A model generated the notes under the pieces. It did no database searches and was not told the origin of the DNA. It saw only the letters and a list, made by a program, of their open reading frames with translations. Of a stretch of DNA of 64,000 bases, positions 20,218 to 30,800 are shown one piece after another. Every line of letters starts with the position of its first letter. Position 1 is the first letter of the stretch. The position numbers and the translations under genes were made by a program. The stretch is taken from positions 64,001 to 128,000 of IMG/VR virus record IMGVR_UViG_3300047548_000772, one strand, 5' to 3'. Source of the stretch: a virus.

Positions 20218-21010
20218 AGTCAGGTTTATTCATTACATGTAAGTCTGTATTAGACAATATCATGCGTTGATGACGTTCTTTAAACTCTACCATGCGTACA
20301 TAGTTAAGTTGAAACTGATCATCGTCTAGTTGATTTAGATATACATCATAAAAACTTGTTAACAAAGGCCAAGGAATACTAGGCACAGCGTTAGGTAAAT
20401 GTCCGTATAATGTGCTTAGTGCAATACTAATGGCGTAGTCATTGCGGTAAGGTTCTTCTTTGAATTTGTACAATCTGCTATAATGATAATAGTTGTTCTC
20501 TATCATATTCATCATAGCAAATGTATCTTCTGCTAGTCGGCTGCGCTTGAAATAAAGCACCGTTGCCCACCACATGGGAAATTCCACAAAGCCAAATCGT
20601 GTATCGATGGCAAAGTTTTCTCGATCTGTTACGTCTAGTACATAACGATGGCACAGTAAATCTTGTCCAACGTCAAACAATACTTTTAAACGATCGCTAG
20701 CAACAATGTAATCTGTATCTAAAACAAGCGTTTCATCGTATGGACTAAATGCATAAGCATTATGGCGCCCACAGTTGTACCAATGTGCGCTAGAATCGGC
20801 ATTCATATGATCGTATTTGCGTGTTCCGCCAGACTTTGATTCAGTGACAACAACGTTATCAAACATAGAGGTATCCTCGGGAGGATCATTTGTTACTAAC
20901 GTTGTTGGCAACCCTAAATGACGTTCAATGCGAGGTGCTGACCACTGTGCTTGACTAACATAGTCAACCTTGTCATTGTTAAATGCAAAAAGTACTGCGC
21001 CCTTGGTCAT
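20189..21010 (-). CDS. Putative GT-A glycosyltransferase (GT8-like)
   Basis: KGAVLFAFN, SPYDETLVLDTDY (DxD), WWATVLYF, RNDYAISIA. Start MTKG at 21010, ATGA-coupled. Confidence 0.7.
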   Translation of the reverse strand: MTKGAVLFAFNNDKVDYVSQAQWSAPRIERHLGLPTTLVTNDPPEDTSMFDNVVVTESKSGGTRKYDHMNADSSAHWYNCGRHNAYAFSPYDETLVLDTDYIVASDRLKVLFDVGQDLLCHRYVLDVTDRENFAIDTRFGFVEFPMWWATVLYFKRSRLAEDTFAMMNMIENNYYHYSRLYKFKEEPYRNDYAISIALSTLYGHLPNAVPSIPWPLLTSFYDVYLNQLDDDQFQLNYVRMVEFKERHQRMILSNTDLHVMNKPDFGKICGSRI

Positions 21011-21327
21011 CGTTGACGTGCTAATTCTTCGTGTTCGACTAACCAGGCATTCATTTGCTCTTGCCATATTTGCGATGCTTTGTCAAACAACTCTCGAGGC
21101 ACTACTTTTACAGGTGTGTCGTACAAATCTAAAAGCACAATGGCGGGTAGCCATTCGTCGCAAAGGTGTAAGGTAGCCATTAATTCTGGGCCTGCTCGCC
21201 ACATTCCACCAGCATGGGCAAATACCATTTTGCTGGCATACTTTTCTTTGAGTAGTTTCTTTTGCGTAGCGTGGTCAAAACGGCTACGTATTTCTTTAAC
21301 TAGAGTATCTGGATTAGACATATTCAT
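21007..21327 (-). CDS. Hypothetical protein, 106 aa; first gene of the tailoring operon
   Basis: ORF directly downstream of a sigma70-like promoter; TGA overlaps the next ATG. Confidence 0.7.
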   Translation of the reverse strand: MNMSNPDTLVKEIRSRFDHATQKKLLKEKYASKMVFAHAGGMWRAGPELMATLHLCDEWLPAIVLLDLYDTPVKVVPRELFDKASQIWQEQMNAWLVEHEELARQR

Positions 21328-21333
21328 TCCGTA

Positions 21334-21362
21334 ATTTTACTACAATATGTAGCAAAAGTAAA
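21334..21362 (-). promoter_or_regulatory. Sigma70-type promoter TTTACT-N17-TAAAAT, 6 nt upstream of the ATG (leaderless-type)
   Basis: Minus strand reads tttact tttgctacatattgtag taaaat tacgga ATG. Confidence 0.55.
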
Positions 21363-21382
21363 GGGCCCGAAGGCCCTTTTTT
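21360..21382 (-). terminator. Intrinsic terminator with cUUCGg tetraloop ending the structural operon
   Basis: Minus strand aaagggcc-TTCG-ggcccttt followed by acttttg. cUUCGg hairpins are typical of T4-like terminators. A T-run on the plus side suggests it may be bidirectional. Confidence 0.85.
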
Positions 21383-21401
21383 GTCCAGATACTGTAACCT
21401 A

Positions 21402-22331
21402 TTAGGCTACTGCTGATGTATAAGAAGCAGTGATTGAACCCCAGGTGTTGCTGATGTTTGTTGTTTCACTAGCAACTGCGGTAAATGTCGGTGTCCATGT
21501 ACCGTCAACTGTACCGCCCGAAACTGTACCAGTACGGTTGATAGCAGCAGTAATGATAATCGATGGTGCTGGAGCAGCAGTACTACCGCGAATATTGATA
21601 GTTAGGTTGTCGCCTTCGTAACCATAATAACTTGTTGTAGTTTGTTGGAATACTTGTTGGTTAACGTTGGTTAATTGATAATATCCAGTACCAGTTGAGA
21701 TAGTTGGGGAACCCGAACCACCAGTTTTAGTTGTGCCTGTGTAGCTCGATCCAGCAATTGTTTGTGTTACGCCACCACATGTCCAGTTTAATGTACCACA
21801 TGCTGTTAATAAAGAACCTAGTGCTGTACCAGCTGGTGATGCTGTGCCACCAGAACGAGCAATAGCACATGTTAGACGGCCGCCTGTGTTAAAGAAATAA
21901 CGTGCTTGTGCAGCAGAACCAAATGTAAATGTAGCAGTAAATGTTAGTGAGTTAGTCCAAGCCGATGTGTATGCTGAACCGGTTGCAGTAGTTGTAGTAC
22001 CAACCGCCGAGCAGTTATAACGAGCGTTAGTGATTGCAGTAATATTGGTCGATAGTGCAGCATAAGCACTAATTGTGTTACCAGCCACTGGGCTAGTAAT
22101 ACCAGTAATTGTTGTTCCTTGGTGAGCAGCAGCTGACGAAATTCTGCTTAATAATGTTGACCATTGTGTAGCTGTTACTGTGTTTGTAGCTGCAACTGAA
22201 CTAATTGCTGTTTGTCCGTAACCATAGTTATCGTTTGCACTAGGACTTTTGTCATTCCAAATGTTATTTACGCTAGTGGCAAACGAGTTATAGTCGCTGG
22301 CTAAAATTACTGATCCTGTTGAATATGTCAT
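21402..22331 (-). CDS. Ser/Thr/Ala/Gly-rich virion protein (tail-fibre/collar-like), 309 aa
   Basis: Last gene of the structural operon; extremely T/S-rich and almost devoid of acidic residues; N-terminal YGYGQT motif. Confidence 0.55.
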   Translation of the reverse strand: MTYSTGSVILASDYNSFATSVNNIWNDKSPSANDNYGYGQTAISSVAATNTVTATQWSTLLSRISSAAAHQGTTITGITSPVAGNTISAYAALSTNITAITNARYNCSAVGTTTTATGSAYTSAWTNSLTFTATFTFGSAAQARYFFNTGGRLTCAIARSGGTASPAGTALGSLLTACGTLNWTCGGVTQTIAGSSYTGTTKTGGSGSPTISTGTGYYQLTNVNQQVFQQTTTSYYGYEGDNLTINIRGSTAAPAPSIIITAAINRTGTVSGGTVDGTWTPTFTAVASETTNISNTWGSITASYTSAVA

Positions 22332-22347
22332 TACTTATTTTCCCTTT

Positions 22348-22435
22348 GTATTAGTTGATTATGATCAACGCTATAAACCAACGGCGCTTGCACGTCATTG
22401 TACTACTTTGTCTATAGCTGGGTATAATCCAATAC
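22348..22435 (-). ncRNA. Candidate structured cis-RNA between two structural genes
   Basis: GCUAUAGAC/GUUUAUAGC 9-bp stem, CAAUG/CGUUG stem, CGU-GCAA-GCG GNRA hairpin, GUUGAU-CAUA-AUCAAC hairpin, closing GUAUU/AAUAC stem. Confidence 0.5.
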
Positions 22436-22444
22436 TTGCCTTTC

Positions 22445-23986
22445 TTAGTTCTTAATACTAACAATGGCTTCTACTGTACCTTCGCCATCAGTTAATTTAT
22501 CTGTTAGTGCGCGGCCAATTACGTTAAACGGTGTTAACTCTTCTTTGGCTGCGCTACGAGCAATACCCCATCCTGCGCAAACTAAACGATCGCCTTTGCG
22601 TACAATACCTGTACATAATACAGGAACTCGTCCAGTCATTGCAATAGCAGGGTGAGTTAAATCGTCACCAGCGCCGCCATTCATTGTAAACGCAGGGCGT
22701 GTACTTACAACGCCAAATACGTTTTCGCTTAATTCATCAATAGCACGTGTGATTTCGGCAGCACCGCCAATTTCAACAATGGTGCCGGGTGTGTATGTTT
22801 CATCTGCTGCAAAACGTTCTGCAACGTCAGCGTACAATGCAGTGGTCGCTGTGGCAAAAATCTTATTGAAATATCCAGTTGAACTACCAATATTACCAAC
22901 ACCGTTGGCGTTGTTGTTTATTATATTACCCAACGAAACAGTTGATGTACCAAAGTTTGCACCACCCGAATATGTGATGTTGCCTGCATTTAATGTTCCG
23001 CAAGTTACAGCACCTACAACAGAAATATTACCAACTTGGGCGTTTCCTGCAATATTTAATGCACCCGAAACTGAAGAAATTGCACCGTTAACTGATAAGT
23101 TTGAGTTAACAACTACGTTGCTTGTTGAACCAACCACAGTAATAGCGTTTGTAGGTGTGCCACCATCGTTTACACGAATGTAAACGTTACCGTTTTCTGT
23201 TTGGTTGTAGATATAACCGTCATTGCCGTTAACGTAGACATTAACGTCTTGGTTAACACCAACGTATAAACCATTGTCATTTAAAACACTTAGGTTGCCA
23301 ACTGTAGATGTGTTTACATCTGAGCGCATAAACTGGCTAGCAGTAAAGCCACCGAATGTTTCTGCGCTGGTTGCGGTACCAACAAACATTGCTTCGCCAG
23401 AAGCAACAGTGGTACTCATATTTAAACCAGGGTTAATTGTAGCAAACCCTGAAATAGCAACTGCTGGAGTAAAAGTAGCTGAGTTAGAGAAGATCGAAAC
23501 AACTTGGTTGTTAACGTACATCTTAACAATAACGTGATCAGCACCAGGCGAAGTATCTGTTACTGTATCAACAATAGCACCCGAAGTACCTGTGCCCGAA
23601 GTGTACGAAGGACCAACAAGAATATAACTAGTGCCGTTATAAATTTTTAACTGTTGGTTAACTGTGTCAAACCACAAATCGCCAGTGACGCTACCGGTCG
23701 GTGCGCTAGCTTGCGAAGTTGCAGCTGATAAGACTTTAAATGATGAGCCGTTATAAACCTTTAACAGACTAGTACTAGTATCGTACCATAGTTGACCTGT
23801 CAGTGGCGCTGTAGGTGGCGTTGAATTTGCACCATTTTCTAGTAGATGAATAAAGTTATCATCTAAAAATTGACCATATCCAGCATAATTTTTACCCACT
23901 AGGGTCATGCTAGAATCGGTATTAATGGTACCATCTGCGATTGTCGCAAAAATTGTACCATTTGTTAGGTTAATTGTATAAGCCAT
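22445..23986 (-). CDS. Baseplate/tail-fibre connector-like virion protein with C-terminal autoproteolytic-chaperone (peptidase G2/IMC-like) domain
   Basis: N-terminal LVGKNYAGYGQFLDDNFIHLLEN and duplicated GQLWYD/GDLWFD; C-terminal ADVAERF...GVVSTRP...GRVPV...KGDRLV. Confidence 0.6.
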   Translation of the reverse strand: MAYTINLTNGTIFATIADGTINTDSSMTLVGKNYAGYGQFLDDNFIHLLENGANSTPPTAPLTGQLWYDTSTSLLKVYNGSSFKVLSAATSQASAPTGSVTGDLWFDTVNQQLKIYNGTSYILVGPSYTSGTGTSGAIVDTVTDTSPGADHVIVKMYVNNQVVSIFSNSATFTPAVAISGFATINPGLNMSTTVASGEAMFVGTATSAETFGGFTASQFMRSDVNTSTVGNLSVLNDNGLYVGVNQDVNVYVNGNDGYIYNQTENGNVYIRVNDGGTPTNAITVVGSTSNVVVNSNLSVNGAISSVSGALNIAGNAQVGNISVVGAVTCGTLNAGNITYSGGANFGTSTVSLGNIINNNANGVGNIGSSTGYFNKIFATATTALYADVAERFAADETYTPGTIVEIGGAAEITRAIDELSENVFGVVSTRPAFTMNGGAGDDLTHPAIAMTGRVPVLCTGIVRKGDRLVCAGWGIARSAAKEELTPFNVIGRALTDKLTDGEGTVEAIVSIKN

Positions 23987-24037
23987 CTTCTACTTTACTC
24001 CGCTATTAGAATTATTTAGCATTTCTTTATCTGCATA

Positions 24038-24044
24038 TATTTAT
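24038..24044 (-). promoter_or_regulatory. T4-like late promoter ATAAATA
   Basis: Intergenic, upstream of 23986, inside a perfect ctgcata/tatgcag inverted repeat. A second CTAAATA lies at 24013-24019. Confidence 0.6.
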
Positions 24045-24646
24045 GCAGAACTTAAATTAGTTAAGGTCTGGATACGAATTGTGTAATCAATTTGAATCTG
24101 ACGATTTAAGCTCTTTTGAACTGGGTGAAAAATCACGTGGGTTACTAAACGTAAATCCTCGGCAGATCCGTTCCAAGTCTTAACACCTAGTTCGTCAAAT
24201 ACGTATTCACCGTTAAAGTTAGTCGAGTTATCAAATGCTTGTTGCCCGGCAGGTTCGCCGTAGTCAAGCAAACATGTGATCAAAATGTCTGTGTAAACTG
24301 TGCCTGTTGTGTGCAATACTGTGATCTTATTACGAGCAGGGTCTGTGTTAGTTGATGAGTTATCGTCAACTACTTTGCTGTATGTTTGGTTGTACAAGTC
24401 GGCGTTTTCGCCGGTGGTATTTGGTGGCAAATAAGTGATGACTCCAGTTGGGTCAACACTGGCGCCGCCGTTGCCAAATGCCATAGCATAAATTTGGCCA
24501 ATAGGCTTATTAGAAATAGCATTAGCTAAACTAACGGACATGTTTTCGTAATGGATAGCATTATGCTTATCTACAAAAACTTCGCCGCTATTTGGGTCGT
24601 GAATCTTTAAAAATCCATCAATTTTTACTGGTCCGTTAATAATCAT
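24041..24646 (-). CDS. Virion structural protein, 201 aa
   Basis: In the late operon; MAFGNGG, FDELG, HVIFHPVQKS...IQIDYTIRI pattern typical of baseplate-associated beta proteins. Confidence 0.6.
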   Translation of the reverse strand: MIINGPVKIDGFLKIHDPNSGEVFVDKHNAIHYENMSVSLANAISNKPIGQIYAMAFGNGGASVDPTGVITYLPPNTTGENADLYNQTYSKVVDDNSSTNTDPARNKITVLHTTGTVYTDILITCLLDYGEPAGQQAFDNSTNFNGEYVFDELGVKTWNGSAEDLRLVTHVIFHPVQKSLNRQIQIDYTIRIQTLTNLSSA

Positions 24647-24801
24647 GCTCTAACCTCTACAAAAGTTTCGTTGGTATTTGGATCATAAATCTTTACAAAC
24701 CCAGAAATGTCAAGTCCGCCTAATTCGTTGGGCTTGCGCACAGGCTTTGTTTGTTGCTGAGCCTGTGCTTGCTGTTCAGTTGGTTGTGTGTTATTGTCCA
24801 T
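24643..24801 (-). CDS. 52-aa protein MDNNTQPTEQQAQAQQQTKPVRKPNELGGLDISGFVKIYDPNTNETFVEVRA (absent from ORF track)
   Basis: Hand-translated. Preceded by ATAAATA, TGA overlaps the ATG of 24646, and it is similar to that protein's N-terminus. Confidence 0.8.
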   Translation of the reverse strand: MDNNTQPTEQQAQAQQQTKPVRKPNELGGLDISGFVKIYDPNTNETFVEVRA

Positions 24802-24806
24802 GATAC

Positions 24807-24813
24807 TATTTAT
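24807..24813 (-). promoter_or_regulatory. T4-like late promoter ATAAATA
   Basis: Intergenic, 5 nt upstream of the ATG at 24801. Confidence 0.65.
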
Positions 24814-24821
24814 CCTAAAAA

Positions 24822-27800
24822 TTACGCCTGTCCGCGAATAAACTTAGCAGCCTTTGTTGTTTGCTCCTGTAAGGCAATACCATTGCTAGCAGTACCTACT
24901 CCTTGTGCATACATCACATGTGCTTCAACAATATAAACATTTACTTCAACCCCTTCAGCAGGTGGTGTTGTAATTTGTACTGCTACTGTTGGGCTTATTG
25001 ACGAAACAACATAGGCCCCTGTGCCAGGTAGTAATTCAGTACCTCCAACTCGAACACGCACCGCACCTTCCATTGCTGCTGTCATATCAGCATAGAACGG
25101 TAAATCTGTAGCAAAAGTATCAGTTACCCCGTCACCGTAGAATGTATTGTTGTGTACCTGTTGTTGGTAGTAAGCAGGAAGTGCTTCTCCTCGACCGATG
25201 TCGTAAACGGCTGCGCCAACATAGTGATGGTCAGCAGCAGTACCAGCAACACCTCGTCGTAACCCAGAAACAGTATTAGATTCTACATCTCGATTACGGT
25301 ATGTGATGCGTTCGCCGTTGATTGTAATTACACCAAAAATACCAATTGCTAAGTTTGGTTCCGATAAATGGCTTGCGTCTGCGACATAAATCACATCAGC
25401 GTCTGCAGTTAAATCTGCAACTAATTCTGTTGTTGTATTTGGAGTCATACGATAGAGGACCTGATTTCCTCTCATGTCTTGGAAAATACGGAACTCCATA
25501 GCGTCTGGTACCACTGATTGAGTAAAGCTAGTAATTACAACTACGTCACCAAGACTGATGATAGGGCCAGTTAATTGAACAACTGTGCCGCTAACAGTAT
25601 AACCTTCACCAAATGCCAAACGTTTACCATTTTTAGTTACCCACAAACGTTCTGGATTTAGAATAGCTCTGCCTGTATCAAAGTTATTGCTATAAATTAC
25701 AACGCCAGCAGCATAGTCATATGTGCCCGGGCCACCAGTGACTAAACCAGAATCGAAATCAGTTTCGTCGTAACCTTCTGATTCTAGTGCACCAGTTGTT
25801 GTTGGACCCACAAATACTTGTGTTAACAAATCTTGTTGGCGTGTGTCACCCCAAGTTGTAACTGCAATAGGCGCACCAGGAATAGCACTTACATAAAGTG
25901 TTAAAAGATTGTTTCCTGGATTGATTGTATAATCTGCATCGGTTGTTACAGCAATGTAGATGTGTGCGCCAGCAGCAGGTGCTGTGAAGAATGAAATGTA
26001 ACGATTATTGGTACCAGTCCAAGGAGATAACGAAAAATCAAGACTTGGGTACTTGCGCACATTGTCAACAAACACAATTACTTCGTTGCTAGCAATGTAT
26101 TGCTGGTTTGTGCCGGCGCGGGTTGGAAGTGCGTATTCAACAGTTAAGTTATCACCATAATACTCAATACCTTCCGCAGGACGTAAGCGTAACCCGCTAC
26201 GCTCAACTACTGCATTGATCATGTTAGTGTAGACTAAGCTGTTGGTTAGATTGTAGGTCGATGAACCAGTATATGGAATATACTGAGTAACCGGATAACT
26301 GTAGTCGTACTGTACCGGAGTTTGCACGCCAAAGGCAGCAACAAACACACGATCTAAATCAGTATATGTGTTATCAAAAGTAATTTCTGTAAAGAATGTT
26401 GCAAATGAATTATAAGTGTAATTGGTTATACGTTCGCCGTTGACAATTACTAATAGATCGTATATTTCGTTGAAGTTAACAGAAATAACTAGATTGTTAC
26501 CTACGTCACCACCAAGATAAGATTTGTAATAAAGTTGGTTGCCACCGCCCAATCCATAGACGTCAACTTCGATGTTGTTGCCATCAAACACACTAGCAGT
26601 TGTAGGTAAGATCTCAACTGTATATGTTGGCCAATCAATCATGTAATCAACGTTCGGAATTAATGACGCACCAGTAGTTAAATTAACTACTCTAACAGCA
26701 GTAACTTCGTCTGACATGCCGCCGAAATAAAAGCTAGAATGAATTATAGGTTCATAAACAAATGCTCGGCTGTACATTGGGAATCCATGACCGTTACCTG
26801 TCCAGTCTGCACCCGGGCGTGTGTAAACACGAAAATCTAATGTGTCGAATGTAGCGCCTGGTACTAACTCTTCAGGCGCATGACTCGAGTAAGTGTCTAC
26901 AAACTCACCGCCAGAAACAACTATTGGATTTGGTCCCAGGTTTGGTGGTGCGCCGTCGTATGCAGGTGCTGGTAAAATACCCAAATACGGATCCAAGAAT
27001 TCGCTTGTGTAAGTGGCATCTAAAATAGACGGATCATAAGTTGGGGCACCGTCGGGTAGATACGAAATGTTATCAAAAGGATTAATATCAAAGTTACCTA
27101 CGTCAAATCCAGTGTTTTGATCAAAGTTGACACCGTAAACTTGTACTCCTGGATAGTCAATACCATTGATTACTAATGCAAGTTCAAGACCAGGTTCGTT
27201 TATACCTGGATTATAGTAACCCATTACACGATTAGATGCGGTTAGATCTGCTGGGTCAACTTCGGTATAATACGCAGGATCAAACTGTGTGCCGCTGTTA
27301 ATATTTTCATTAACTTCGTATGCAGCATTATTGAAACGCACTAGTTGACCAGCATCGTAGTTAGTATTTTCTGTCCAGTCAATAACCGAGCTAGTGTAGT
27401 CAATACGGTCAAACTTGATAGTAGTCAAGAACGAACGCACTAGTTCGTTGTTCATTACTGGAACTGCCCATGCACCTGTACTATCTTCTCCTTCGATATA
27501 AATCGATGGAGTAAGTGTGTAGCCGGTACCTGGTGTTAGCACTTCAATATATCTAATTGTGCCATCAGTATAAAGTTGTACCGATAGTGTTGCTTCAACG
27601 ATGTTGTTAATGTTCGGATCCAACGGATTTGGAACTACTGTTGCCTTTGGTGGTAGTGTATAAGCACCACCAGCATCGATAATAGTTACGCTGTCAACAT
27701 ATAGTGTATAATTTTGGAACCATTGACTATAAGGAATTTGTTGCCAACCTGTCCACGAACCTGTGCGAGAACTAATTGGATCTAAAGGATATTCTGAATC

Positions 27801-30800
27801 ATCTAGTATTGGGCTTACGAATTGGCTAGCAGATTCATCAAAGTATGCCGGAACATCAAAATCAGTCAATGTGCCCTTGTAAGTATCAAATCCTTCGTAG
27901 CGTAGATTAAACTCACGAATTTGTACGTGATATGGTTTGACTTCTTTAATGTAATCAAGAACGAAATCTTGATTATCGCGACGATAAATTTGGTATGGTA
28001 ACAAGTCGCGAATCTTGTGGTTAACGTCGATTAGCGAGGTCTTGAACAACCAATCCGGTGACCCTTGCTCGGTCATAATAAATTCAAACGCAAGCATTAG
28101 TAGTTGGTTACGGTAGATTGCTAAATCGTCAATGAAGATTTCTTCATTGAGTGCTTTGAGTATTTGTCGAGTTTCAGCAATTGGTGCTTCGTCGAAGCGT
28201 TGAGAATCAAACACTTCAACATCGAAACCAAATGCTCCTTCGCCATAACTCCAAAGAACAGAACTAATAGCAATTGTACCATCCTCTAGTACTACACGAA
28301 CCCATTCGTACACCGGATCAACATCTGTTCCTGTGTTCTGATATTGATATACTTCGTATTTGCCAGAACTGTTCTTAAGAACTTTAACAGTTAAGTCAAC
28401 AACCGGAGTAATGCGTAGCAAGTCAGCATAGGTTGGAACTTCTAACAACGGTTTAACATTGTTATTATATCCTTGCTTAATCCAGTTGACATAGCTCCAA
28501 TATTGACGAGTGTCATAAGTTTGTACACGTGATAAATGTAACTCTCGTTCAACGCCTGTGCTGTTCATTTGCACAGTATAGATAGTCCATAAGCCTTCAA
28601 CGGTTTCGTCGCTGGCAACTAGATAGTTATAACCTAACGGTACTGCCCATAAATCTTGATAAGTTAGAATTTCATATGTAGCAACTCTCTTGTTCCACAG
28701 TCCAGATGAAGCACTCGGTTCTGGCTCTGCGCTATCAAGTAACGCAAAACTACGCATGTCAACAATTGGGTATAGTGACAAGATGTTGTTTGCGCGAGTT
28801 AGATAATTTTGTAGGGCTGCGAATCGATCAACAAACATCGATTGGCGTGGTCTAAACTGCACACCATAGCGGTTAGCAGGGCTTAGTGTTGGATCCGGAA
28901 CTAGTCCGCCAAGTGTATTTTCACCGCAGAAACTATCTAGCAACTTACGATATAGTCCTGCTTGGATAAATGCATCAGGATTGCCATCAGCAACTAAATC
29001 GTATTCGCTGTGGATATTGTCATCATTCTTGATACGATCAAAATTAACTGTTAAGATAGTATCTTGTGCAGAGATATATGGAGCACCGTTATACAATGCA
29101 ATTGCACTTGGCGCCACCGCAGCAGCATAAGGAATACCGGCACTCTTTGGATTTTCAATGTATTGTTTGATTGCCGCTGTGCTTAGATTTTTCTTAGCAA
29201 ATGTAGCAACTTCTGGAATGTCTTTGACCCAGAAGAAATAACGAGTTTCAAACACGCCAGTATTAGAGTTTAACTTAGTATTAACTGTGTAACTTGTTGT
29301 ACTGTAAGGAGTACCAACACCAACAGTATCTACATAGTCTGCTGGCGGAACTGAACTACCAATCCACTGATAAACATCAACACTTGACCCAGGGAATACT
29401 TGTCCCCAACGGCGCGAAGCATATTGTAGTGTACTTTGATGATAATCAACAAAACGTACTGTGCTTAGATCCCACCAAATTTCTCCAAGATGTTCTTCAC
29501 CCCAGGTAATTCCATTGTTGTTTTCTGTACCAACGTTATACATTGCCGGATCTCTTGCGCCAAGGAAGTCAATGTTCTGACGAGCAGCACCAAGAATCTT
29601 TCCTTGTAACGGATCGATAAAGTCAAAGTATTGTGTAACACCCGATGTTAAGCGGTCGTATGTGTAAATAGAATCTAATAGGTACACATCAACTACAGGT
29701 TGTTGAGTATAAATTGCTTGCCATGCAGGAGTGCGTGTTGGGTTTTCAAATTGCACTAAGCCGCCGACTACAGTTGAATCGCCGTCGGTTCGATCGCTTG
29801 GTGCGCCAACTAATAAATTAGCGCCAACATAACTTACACTCTGTCCAAACTTCTCCATTGATTTTAGCGACGGATCGTATAGTTGCTGCCCAAACACGAA
29901 TTTAGTGATATCGTTGATTGATCCAGCTGGACTTGTTCCAATATAATCAAATGTATAAGCAACACCGCTTTGATCAGCAGCTGAGTAGAAGTTTGTAGTA
30001 TTGAAATCAAAGGTTGTTTCGCCACCGTCGAAAGTTACAGGTTCTTGAGCTTCACCGTCGGGGGCACCAACTGTTAATGTTAAGTTATTTTTGCCTGCGT
30101 TAACGCTGGTACCAAAGTGTGCGTAAGCAGTTTCGTTTGGTGAGCGAAGTGTTTGAGACCAAATAAATGTGCTGATACCTAGATCAGTAAACAAGTTATT
30201 TGTTCCAGGACCTGGCAAAACTTCTAGTTTGTTAAATGCTGTTGCTGCTGCGTCATCAACAATACTAATTGTTAAATAGCCGTTTGAACTAAATGCAGTA
30301 ACATTAGGTACATTGGCATCAATAATATTTTGTGCAAAATTATCAACCCAGGTTGATACAGTCCAATAATTAGTGTCTGATATAGCAATGCCAATAGGTA
30401 CATTCTGTGATGCTCGGTAAATGTCAGAACCATTGATAACAAATGTGCCGGCGGCCCATGTTACTAGACTATTCCACGAAGTTGGTTCAACAACGCTAAC
30501 CGAATAATTGTTAATATATAAAATATCCCCTGGTGTTAGCGTTGGATCTTGGTTCGCTGTGGTTACTACACCAAATTGACGAATTTGATTGATCCAACGA
30601 TCTGTGCTACCAGCTTCAGGTAAGTTAATTGAGTCGTTAGGTACGCCAATGTAGGTAGTGCAATTTGTAGGGCATACGTCAATAGCAGCACCAAACAATT
30701 GTTTTTCATGAGGATTATTAGAGATAATTGTTTGTACGTTGAAGAAATTATTTGTAGCAATTTCAACTGCGTCGCCTACGGATAATACACCGTTGTTAAT

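Noticed and set aside
1-21327. Classical phage DNA hypermodification locus
   Set aside because: No dCMP/dUMP hydroxymethylase, 5-hmU kinase, aGPT-PPlase or 7-deazaguanine genes in this window. Downgraded rather than excluded, since they could lie elsewhere in the genome.
22348-22380. Pistol ribozyme, because AGCGUUGAU...AUCA resembles its P3 region
   Set aside because: No G-U cleavage dinucleotide after the stem and no P1-loop pseudoknot partner.
22350-22397. 15-codon ORF MTCKRRWFIALIIIN in the intergenic gap
   Set aside because: No Shine-Dalgarno; the sequence is better explained by RNA pairing.
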